This document shows, in pieces, positions 1-8,500 of a stretch of 26,406 nt of DNA. Made by a program: the position numbers and the translations under genes. The stretch comes from Bacteroidales bacterium (lineage in GTDB: Bacteria; Bacteroidota; Bacteroidia; Bacteroidales; UBA7960). The notes below the pieces were generated by a model. It saw only the letters and a list, made by a program, of their open reading frames with translations. It ran no database searches and had not been told where the DNA came from. The stretch lies in assembly GCA_003560215.1 (NCBI GenBank), contig PWIY01000395.1, positions 1 to 26,406 of the forward strand, in the 5' to 3' direction. How positions within the stretch are numbered: position 1 is the first letter of the stretch; each line of letters begins with the position of its first letter.

Positions 1-1058
1 ACCCATATTTCGAATATTTTTACCGGGTCGACATGAGTGGTGACAACCTGACGCTGTTAACCCCGGATCAGGGTCACCATCAGGTACAAATGGCTGCTTC
101 CGGTAATTACTTCAGCGTTTCCCGATCAACACCCGATACCGCCCCCGTTACCCATATCCGGGATCAGAACGGGGAAATGATCATGCTGCTGGAAGAAACA
201 GACATTTCGCAACTGGAGGCAGCAGGCTGGCGTCCACCCATTGAATTTTCCGTCAAGGCCCGCGACGGGGTTACGGATCTTTGGGGGCTAAAATACAAGC
301 CCACCAATTTTGATGAATCTGTTTCTTACCCCATCCTGGTCTACATTTACCCAGGCCCGCAAACCGGCAGCGTAGGCAGCCGTGCTTTCAGGGCTTCACG
401 CTCAGACAAGCAGTCGCTGGCTGAACTCGGATTCATTGTTGTAGAAATAGATGCCATGGGCACCCCCGGACGCTCCAAAGCCTTCCATGACGCGTATTAC
501 GGCAATATGGGAGACAATGGTCTTCCGGATCATATAACCATGATCGAACAAATGGTTGAACGCCATCCTTACATGGACATTGACCGGGTCGGTATCTTCG
601 GGCACTCGGGCGGCGGATTTGCCTCCACCAGGGCACTGCTGGAATACCCTGATTTCTTCCACGTGGCGGTTTCCAGTGCAGGAAACCATGACAACCGGAA
701 CTATACAGACTCATGGGCGGAAAAATGGCAGGGGCTGCTGGTAGAATACGAAGACGAAGAAACCGGTGAAAAATCCACCAATTATGACAACCAGGCCAAT
801 CAATTGCTTGCAGAAAACCTGGAAGGCAAACTGCTGATCACACACGGAACAATGGATACCAATGTTCCCCATTACGGAACCTATCTGGTGGTAGATGCAC
901 TGATTGCAGCCAACAAAGATTTTGACATGATCATGTTCCCCAACCGGGGTCACGGTTACTATGGAGAGCCTTATATGATGCGGGCCCGGTGGGATTATTT
1001 CGTCCGCCACCTGAAAGGGGTTGAACCGCCCAAAGAATATTCTTTCGGAGAACTGTAA
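1..1058 (+). CDS. S9 (prolyl oligopeptidase / DPP-IV-like) serine peptidase, 5'-truncated by the window edge
   Basis: The frame is open upstream of the ORF-track ATG at 33 (PYFEYFYRVDM from position 3). It has a nucleophile elbow GHSGGG, Asp in HGTMDTNV, His in NRGHGY, and the S9B-type motifs YIYPGPQ and IDAMGTPGRSKAFH. Stop TAA at 1056-1058. Confidence 0.92.
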   Translation, partial: PYFEYFYRVDMSGDNLTLLTPDQGHHQVQMAASGNYFSVSRSTPDTAPVTHIRDQNGEMIMLLEETDISQLEAAGWRPPIEFSVKARDGVTDLWGLKYKPTNFDESVSYPILVYIYPGPQTGSVGSRAFRASRSDKQSLAELGFIVVEIDAMGTPGRSKAFHDAYYGNMGDNGLPDHITMIEQMVERHPYMDIDRVGIFGHSGGGFASTRALLEYPDFFHVAVSSAGNHDNRNYTDSWAEKWQGLLVEYEDEETGEKSTNYDNQANQLLAENLEGKLLITHGTMDTNVPHYGTYLVVDALIAANKDFDMIMFPNRGHGYYGEPYMMRARWDYFVRHLKGVEPPKEYSFGEL

Positions 1059-1080
1059 CCCTCAGGTATCCGCATTCGGG

Positions 1081-1110
1081 GTTTGCCGGTATTGAGCCAC
1101 TCCGGCAAAC
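1081..1110. terminator. Hairpin 1 between the convergent S9 and M16 genes
   Basis: Perfect 9-bp inverted repeat gtttgccgg (1081-1089) / ccggcaaac (1102-1110) with a 12-nt loop and no clear U-tract. Confidence 0.45.
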
Positions 1111-1119
1111 AGCAAAACC

Positions 1120-1155
1120 AAGAGGCTGTCTCAAAAAATTGAGGCAGCCTCTTTT
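1120..1155. terminator. Probable bidirectional intrinsic terminator
   Basis: 15-bp stem aagaggctgtctcaa / ttgaggcagcctctt with one G-U pair and a 4-nt loop. It ends in tttt on + and is followed by ggtttt on -, and lies between convergent genes. Confidence 0.8.
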
Positions 1156-1186
1156 CACTCAAACCAACCATAATAACTGATAAGAA

Positions 1187-4117
1187 TCAGTATGGGAAAA
1201 GATCTTCCGGAGTAAGTCTGATCACTTCACCGAAATCACGCTCCAGCGCTTCAAAATCAACCACTTGCTCATTGCCGAGGACCACATAGGTTCTTGGGCG
1301 ATCTTTAATGAAGCGATGATTGAATGTCTCAAGATCTTCCAGCGTCAGAAAAGGAGTTTCCTCGAATATTTTTTTGCGGACATCGTAATCCCGGTCAAAA
1401 TCTCTGGCGGTCAAATAATTGCTGACAATACTTCCTCCCCTGTTGATGCGTTCAGTCCGTATATCAGAAATGATACGTTCCCTGGCCAGTTCAAAGGCGG
1501 TAGTGGAAAGCGGTAAATCGTCAAAGAGTTCATTGAACGCATGAAATGACTCACCCACCTTGTCGTTCTGCGTGGCAATCACACTGGTATTCATATATTG
1601 TGCATCAGGCCTGGAAGGGTTGGAAAACCGTGCATGCGCCATATAGGCCAGGCCCCTTCTCTCCCGCATTTCCTGAAACACAATCGAATTCATTCCCCCG
1701 GAAAAATAGCGGTTATACAGGTTGACAACCGGCACCATTTCGTGGTCATATTGCTCACTTCTGGACACCGTATTCAGGTGACTCTGGTTGGCATCATAGT
1801 GGGCGAAATACACCTTTTCCTCTTTAATATCACGTGGTTCGTAATATACAGGGTCGGGAGCAGGCTTTAATGAATCCGCTGTTTCGTGATATATCTGAAG
1901 CATACGTATCACCTCCTGCATCGGATGCGGGCCGGCGTATATCACCCGGTGATCATATTTATATAGCCCATGCAAAAGGGTTACAAGCTCTTCCGCCTGC
2001 ATGTCATCCAGTTCCTCATTGGCCATTACATTGGTCGTAGGGTTATGCGGGCCATATGTGGCATAATTCTCCAGTGCCCTTTGTATTGCGTCCCGGCTGG
2101 TGTGACTGTTTCTCCGGCTTCGTTTTACACTGGAAACATGGTTATCCAATACCTCGTCATCCACATTCACGTTCCAGATAAATTCATGAAGCAAACCCAT
2201 GGATTCCTCCAGATTATCTTTCAGGCCACGCAAAGAAATCCTTGTTTCATTGCCCGAGCCCCGGATGCTGTAAGTAGAAGCAAGAATGTAAAATTCATTG
2301 CTGATCTCATCTGCACCTTTATCTTTTGTCCCTGACAAAGTAAAGTACCTGCCGAAATGGGTCATTGCCGGTTCATGATTGCTTCCCTTATCCCAGCTGA
2401 AAGTCAATTGAAAGTCTGCATCTGAATCATCATACACATACAAAAGCTCCGCGCCATTGGGCAGATACACCCGTGTGAGATCCCGGTCATAATCCAGGAA
2501 AACCGGTTCAATCGGCTCCACCTCTGCTTGCTGCATTTCCTTCAGCAGGGGAGAACGGGAATCCCGGTCCATGTGAATTGGAGTAATCGGTGGTTTTGCT
2601 ACCAGATCCACATCCAGCTCATCGACCTGCCGCTTATAAACTACTGCGTACGCATCGGTACATAAATGTTCGTTGGCAAACGCCACGATATCTTCCTTGG
2701 TGATGGCCTCAAGTTTATCAAGATAGCGTATGGTATTTTCATATGGGATTTCCTGCATAAAAGCCATCGCCAGGTCGCGGGCCCTCGAACTGATGCTTGA
2801 ATAGCGCCGTGTCTGCGTTCGCCGGATATTGTTGATGGCAGCCTCCATCATCCAGTCCGGCCAATCACCGCTTTTCAGTACCTCAACCTGCTCAAGCAAG
2901 AGCTCCTTCACTTCTTCCAGGCTTTGATCATCCTTCGGGCGACCAAACATTTCCAGTCGCGAATAGTCTGCCATTTTGGTGGTTGTTGCTGAAGTACCCC
3001 CGGCCTTCATGGGAAGGTTGATATGCTGATCCACCAGGCCGGCCCTTCCGTTCCCCAGTATGTTGCTGATCATATCCAGGTAAGGCATCTGGTCAGAGGC
3101 CGCCCCTTCAAACCGCCACGCCAGTTGCAAAAATTCTGACTGACGCCCCTCCACCTCCTTGATGACAGGTTCATTGATTGGAGGTGTTTCCGGATAAGAA
3201 AATTCCGGAACCGGAGATGGTTCCATGTGACCGAAATGCTCTTCCACAATCATGATGGCCTCATCAGGATCAAAATCACCGGCAAGAACAACCGCCATAT
3301 TATTGGGGACATAATATTCTTCAAAGAACTGCTTAATATTGACAATGGAAGGGTTTCGCAGATGCTCCGGTTCTCCCAGTGTGGTCTGGTAGGCATAAGG
3401 ATGATTCGGATAAAGTGCCTCATTCAGTGCCTGAAAGGTCATCCGCCGGTCACTGGTAAGAGACATATTCAACTCCTCGTAAACCGTTTCAAGTTCAGTG
3501 TGGAACAAGCGGATCACAGGATCCGTAAAGCGCTTCCCCTGTATTTTGGCCCAATGCTCAAGCCTGTTGGAAGGAATGTTTTCCACATAAAAAGTATAAT
3601 CACTGGATGTGGCCGCATTGGTGCCCCTGGATCCGATGGCAGTCATCAGCCTGTCGTATTCGTTGGGGATGGCGTAAGTGGAAGCAACATATGAAATACT
3701 GTCAATTTTCTCATAAATCGCTGCCCTTTTTTCTGCATCGGTTTCCTGGCGATAGTCCTCAAACAGTGCCTCGATCTTATCCAGCAAGGGCTTTTCCTTT
3801 TCCCAGTCCGTGGTTCCGAATGTAGAGGTTCCCTTAAACATCAGGTGGTCAAAATAGTGGGCCAAGCCGGTGGTCTCTGCAGGATCATGTTTGCTGCCGA
3901 CACGAATGGCAACATAAGCCTGAATTCTGGGCTCGGCATCTGTGGGAGACATATACACCTTCAGGCCGTTGTCCAGGGTATAGATCCGGGTATCAAGCGG
4001 ATCATCTTCAAAGCTTTTATACTCAAAGACAGCCTGGCCGGTGAGGACAGCAGGGAAGCTTAGTAGAAGAAATAGAAAGATAGCGTAAACTTTTTGTTCT
4101 TTTTTCCGGTAATCCAT
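1187..4117 (-). CDS. M16 family (insulinase/PqqL-like) zinc metallopeptidase, four-domain, exported; variant active-site motif HYFDH
   Basis: Signal peptide followed by Gln. Motifs TLDNGLKVY, VGSKHDP, GLAHYFDHLMFKG, NAATSSDYT, third ligand in ELETVYEE, and C-terminal M16 repeats (EMRERRGLAY). 976 aa. Confidence 0.93.
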   Translation of the reverse strand: MDYRKKEQKVYAIFLFLLLSFPAVLTGQAVFEYKSFEDDPLDTRIYTLDNGLKVYMSPTDAEPRIQAYVAIRVGSKHDPAETTGLAHYFDHLMFKGTSTFGTTDWEKEKPLLDKIEALFEDYRQETDAEKRAAIYEKIDSISYVASTYAIPNEYDRLMTAIGSRGTNAATSSDYTFYVENIPSNRLEHWAKIQGKRFTDPVIRLFHTELETVYEELNMSLTSDRRMTFQALNEALYPNHPYAYQTTLGEPEHLRNPSIVNIKQFFEEYYVPNNMAVVLAGDFDPDEAIMIVEEHFGHMEPSPVPEFSYPETPPINEPVIKEVEGRQSEFLQLAWRFEGAASDQMPYLDMISNILGNGRAGLVDQHINLPMKAGGTSATTTKMADYSRLEMFGRPKDDQSLEEVKELLLEQVEVLKSGDWPDWMMEAAINNIRRTQTRRYSSISSRARDLAMAFMQEIPYENTIRYLDKLEAITKEDIVAFANEHLCTDAYAVVYKRQVDELDVDLVAKPPITPIHMDRDSRSPLLKEMQQAEVEPIEPVFLDYDRDLTRVYLPNGAELLYVYDDSDADFQLTFSWDKGSNHEPAMTHFGRYFTLSGTKDKGADEISNEFYILASTYSIRGSGNETRISLRGLKDNLEESMGLLHEFIWNVNVDDEVLDNHVSSVKRSRRNSHTSRDAIQRALENYATYGPHNPTTNVMANEELDDMQAEELVTLLHGLYKYDHRVIYAGPHPMQEVIRMLQIYHETADSLKPAPDPVYYEPRDIKEEKVYFAHYDANQSHLNTVSRSEQYDHEMVPVVNLYNRYFSGGMNSIVFQEMRERRGLAYMAHARFSNPSRPDAQYMNTSVIATQNDKVGESFHAFNELFDDLPLSTTAFELARERIISDIRTERINRGGSIVSNYLTARDFDRDYDVRKKIFEETPFLTLEDLETFNHRFIKDRPRTYVVLGNEQVVDFEALERDFGEVIRLTPEDLFPY

Positions 4118-4134
4118 AACGAACTATTTAAAGT

Positions 4135-4278
4135 AAAACTTAACGGACGCATGCATAAACTTACCAGTATTTTTTTTCTCAGGCAATGGTTTCCGAAGCT
4201 TATCCATTTGAAAATCAAAAATAAGCATAATCTGCCGGTAACATCTACAAACGGGTGTTAATTGTTCGTTAAACCATC
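4135..4278 (-). promoter_or_regulatory. Promoter/leader of the M16 gene: -7 element TATTTTTG (4216-4223) plus tandem TGTTAA-N5-CGTTAA box (4256-4272)
   Basis: Matches the Bacteroidetes primary-sigma -7 consensus TAnnTTTG. The same blocks recur at 9641-9789 with the same spacing. No canonical -33 TTTG at the expected distance. Confidence 0.65.
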
Positions 4279-4320
4279 ATTATCTGCAAAAATGCACCAT
4301 GGTGGCAAGTAAAGTGGTGG

Positions 4321-5565
4321 CTACCGCTTTAGTATCTTCCTTACCTCACGTACGCCCGACTGCCCTTCAATGATCATCAAATACACAGAGGCAGGAAGGT
4401 GGTCTGTACGGATAACGATTTGCGCTGAGGGTTCCGGGTGCATCTGTTTTACCACCTGCCCGTAAAGATCGGTGATGGTAATGCTTTTCACGTTTGAAGC
4501 TTCCTCAATCTGAAGGAAATCCCGAAAAGGATTTGGAAACACCCTCAGCTTGCTTAATTCAGGATGTCTTGTCGGAGTGGATGGTTCAAACAAAGCTGTC
4601 AGCGTGACATCCATGGCAGGCATTACATACACCATGGAAGCTTCCTCACCAATCAATTCCCCATCCTGATCCTGCCATCTTTTGAAAGACTCCGAAGCAT
4701 CTTTGTCAACACCCAATTGAACATAATTTCCCTCTTCATACTGCCCCGCCCCTTTCAGGGGAACCTCATTTGCCGGTTCAGCCTCAAGGGCCAATACATA
4801 ACCAGGTTGGTCTGATACGCCCCCATCGGTTATGGTCCACCCGTGATTGTCAATGATAGACTCCCTTGCTTTTTCAGCTTTCCCGGCGGAAAAGCGGCTA
4901 TCGCCCCCGTGAAAATCAACCTGCCCTCTGAGCGCCTTCCCCGCCCATCCAATCAATAATCCGTTATAATTTGCCGTTGTCAGGGTTACACCCTGAAACA
5001 TATTATCCATATTTACCACACTGCTGACATCCCAGTCACCCAGATCCTGATCAAACATGATTGCAGCCTGAAACATGGCCGACATATTGGTAAGATTGCT
5101 TACGTCCCACCGACTGATATCCTGGTTGAATGAGGAAGCTCCCTGAAACATGGCCCGCATCTCGAGTACATCCCCTGTATCCCAATCCCCAATATCCTGG
5201 TTAAAGCTTGAAGCCATTGTAAACATGTTTCGCATATTTCTTACCCTGCTCACATCCCAACCTCCAATATCCTGGTTAAACGCGGAAGCACCCCTGAACA
5301 TTTGATCCATAAAAATTACCCGGCTTACATCCCAGCCTCCAATATCCTGGTTAAAGGATGTGGCATCACGGAACATATGTATCATATTGGTTACCCGGCT
5401 TACATCCCATTCCCCAATATGTTGATTAAAAGATGAAGCCCCCATAAACATATAACTGGTATGGGTTACACCTTCAGGAAGCTGAGGAGGAACCTCGAAG
5501 ATTTGAAGCCCCGTTAAAGGCACCACGAAGGTTGGTAAGCCCAAGGTCACCAAAGCTGATGGCAC
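4321..5565 (-). CDS. C-terminal fragment of the S8 protease: DUF285/BspA-like repeats, InlB B-repeat-like domain, T9SS type A C-terminal sorting domain
   Basis: Repeats MFxxAxxFNQDIxxWDVSxVxxM, motif GAGQYEEG...FKRWQD, and CTD VFPNPF...ITDLYGQVV...ASVYLMII...RKILKR. No signal peptide; the coding part probably starts near 5496. Confidence 0.8.
   Translation of the reverse strand: MPSALVTLGLPTFVVPLTGLQIFEVPPQLPEGVTHTSYMFMGASSFNQHIGEWDVSRVTNMIHMFRDATSFNQDIGGWDVSRVIFMDQMFRGASAFNQDIGGWDVSRVRNMRNMFTMASSFNQDIGDWDTGDVLEMRAMFQGASSFNQDISRWDVSNLTNMSAMFQAAIMFDQDLGDWDVSSVVNMDNMFQGVTLTTANYNGLLIGWAGKALRGQVDFHGGDSRFSAGKAEKARESIIDNHGWTITDGGVSDQPGYVLALEAEPANEVPLKGAGQYEEGNYVQLGVDKDASESFKRWQDQDGELIGEEASMVYVMPAMDVTLTALFEPSTPTRHPELSKLRVFPNPFRDFLQIEEASNVKSITITDLYGQVVKQMHPEPSAQIVIRTDHLPASVYLMIIEGQSGVREVRKILKR
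5002..5451 (-). repeat. Six tandem 75-bp (25-aa) DUF285/BspA-type repeats
   Basis: The core ccaatatcctggttaaa or variants starts at 5039, 5114, 5189, 5264, 5339 and 5414 (exact 75-bp period). ttacccggcttacatccca is identical in two adjacent units. Confidence 0.92.
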
Positions 5566-8500
5566 GGATCAGCTTCTCTGCATTATCATACCCCCTCCAG
5601 GCCGTCTCTGCAAAACCCTCTAAACGACCGCCAATTCTTACTTCATAAACTCCCTCTTCATCATAAGTGTGGTTTATGTACCCGGCCGTTGTTACCTGTT
5701 CAATGCTGCCATCTCCCCAGTCAATGGTAACACTTACGGTACCGGTTAAAGGTAAAGTAACGGTTTTCCCACTGCCAAGTTCGGTGTCGAATACCAGAAT
5801 CATCTCATCAGACGGTTCATACGCATCAAAATGCGCAAACAAACTGACATTGTCAGTTGGCATCGTCAGGGAATATGATTGTTCCTCCCCGAGGATCTCT
5901 CCATCATCAGACTTCCAGTGAACAAAATAATACCCCGGTGCCGGAACTGCTTTTACCTCGACCTCACTTTCGGCCTGAAACAACCCGGCTCCTTCAACAA
6001 AGCCGGCTCCTTCCGGAATCACCCTGGCTTGCAACACAAAAGGGGGATAGCTATATGGACCCGGGTGCCCCTGCCACTGCAAGTAGGGATAAGAGTTCCC
6101 TTCATCAATGGCCCATGTGCTTGTAAAATCCCATCCCTCGAATGAGGAAGCTTTCATCATTTTTTCTGAGGTTTTCGGGGTACCACCTGCAGAAAAATCA
6201 AGACCACTGGTAATCGTATTCCAGTAGCTGCCTGTGATATCAGTTTCTGCTTCCTCTCTCTCTGCAATCAGGCCTCCCTTTGATTCCTGAGAGGCCTTCA
6301 CATTTCCTGCCGCAAAGCAGTGAGATACTTTACCAGAGGATATTCTGCCGATCAATCCGCCAACGCTATTTCCCCCGGTCACTGCTCCGACGGCGTAAGA
6401 ATCATTCATTGAACTTTGGTTGGTCATTTGACCAGCCAGTCCTCCAACAACATGGCGTCCGGATACATCTCCTTTTGCAAAGCTTTTGTTGATGAGGCTT
6501 CCTTCCACAAGTCCGGCTATACCTCCCGCATACTGGGGCCCGTCATGGTTCAGGGTGACACTTGAAGAAGAAAGCAATACGGTTGAATTATTCTTAAGCA
6601 CACCGACCAATCCTCCGTGTCCGCTTCCTTCGCCCGACAACTTACCCTCGACATGGCTGTCATTTATCAACCCGTTTTTGCCCAAAACCCCAACCAGCAC
6701 TGCCGATTGTGCGCCTCCAAAAACACTGGCTTCTTGAATACTGACATTTTCAAGTTTTGCTCCGAAGGCAACACCAAAAAGTCCGAGCCCTGCCTTACCA
6801 GCTTGTGAAATTTTCAGTTGATTGATGGTGTGGTTCCCCCCATCAAAGTGCCCATGGAATGCTTCCTCTGAGTTCCCAATGGGCTGCCAGCCCCCTGACC
6901 TGTCCCAGGGTGCCTGACCCAGGCAAATATCCGCCACCTGTAAAAAAAACTGACCGCTGTTTTTTGCACCGGTGTATTTCCGGACATTATGCAACTGAGT
7001 TGCATCTTCGATCCTCCAGGGATTTTCTTCTGATCCATCCCCTCCTGCAAATGGGCTGGTTTCGCAAATGGCAGTTATTCCGATATCGTCCACGTTCCAG
7101 TAATAGGCCCACTCACCCTGGAAGTTCCACCTGAAACGGACCTGGGATTCCCCTGCCAATTCCGGGATTTTTTTTCGGAAAAAAGAGGGGTTTGGGGTGG
7201 TTTCCATCCACTCTTCTAAGAGTTCCCAGGTCGATCCATCGTCAATGGAATAATAAAGTGAAGCTACAGACAAATCTTCATATTGACGGAAAAAGTGAGA
7301 AAAGGAAAGGGTCACATGTGTGTGACCTGAAAAATCAATTAATGGAGTAACCAGGTCTGTGTTTTGTTTATTGCCGGGGCCAAATAAATCACTGTTAACA
7401 TAAGCATAATAACCAGTGGTTCCTTCCAACCCCCGGTCATGCCCCCCGAATTTCCAAACCTGACCGTTTCCCTCATGGTCAGTAATATCCCAGCAAACCG
7501 GCGGTTGAATCGATTCGTCAAAGTCTTCGGTGAAAGGGAACTGAGCCACCCGGTCACATGCTGTCATCACATGGGCCCTTCTTCCCATGGAGTATCGCCC
7601 TGACTCATCCACGGCAAAAATCTGATAGTAATAGTTGGTTGCCTCCTTCAAACCGGAATGAATAAAACCGTTTTCAGATCCGCTGTAAAGGACAATCCCC
7701 CCCCCCGGGATCGAATCTCCGGGTCCATAATTGGCCCCCGGTTCCGGGACACCGAAGTCATTATCGGGGCTCCAGGCCAGCATAACTTCATCCTGGTCTG
7801 AGTTGGGCTGCCATTGAAGATTTACCGCATCAACTCCCAGGGCTTCAGCCAGCAGGGTTTGGGGATTGGGCACCCCATCAAGTGGCATATTACCGGAAAT
7901 GATCAGGGAAAAATGCTGCTTGCCATCGCTGAGGGCATCTTTATGGTTGATCTTAAGCGTAAAAATTTCATTTTCGCCCGGTGATTCAATATGAATCATT
8001 TCAACATTGTCACGATAATTATCTCCGGTAGAAGCGGCCTTTTCAGGTTGTGAAGGGTCAAGCACATAAGGTTTATAAACAGAATCATGCTCGCAAATGA
8101 TACGCATATCCAGGTCATTGACCAACATCAGGTCTTCAGGATTCAGAATGGGAGGATCTACCGGTGTACCAGGCTTATCCGTCCAGACAATGGTTGCCCT
8201 GAGAGGTTCCTCTCCGGTTGCCTTCACCTGTATGCTGACTTCTTCACCATCTTCCAGGATTTTTTCATGGATGTGCAAAGATCCGTGGGCATGATTGTTG
8301 CGCATGATATTTGCTGCAGCGTGAACATCCAGCATTCCCCAACCATAACGATAATCAGGGCCGGGTGCTCCCCCGATATGATCATTTGCACTATGAAGCA
8401 ACAATGCTTTTATGGTGGAAGCCTTGATTACCTCGCCAGGAAAAAGCTTTTCCTGATACTCAAGCAACAGCCCCACAGAGCCACTGACCATTGGCCCTGA

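Noticed and set aside
601-618. GHSGGG instead of the DPP-IV GWSYGG as a novelty
   Set aside because: It is still a GxSxG elbow and a familiar variant among bacterial S9 peptidases.
5002-5451. CRISPR array or DGR template/variable repeat
   Set aside because: The repeats are in-frame coding units with no unique spacers, no cas or reverse-transcriptase gene is present, and there is no adenine-specific mismatch pattern.
5494-5520. prfB-type programmed frameshift as the primary explanation
   Set aside because: There is no SD-like element at the prfB spacing, and a +1 shift gives NLEVP, one residue short of the usual NLxEVP. Kept only as a minor alternative.
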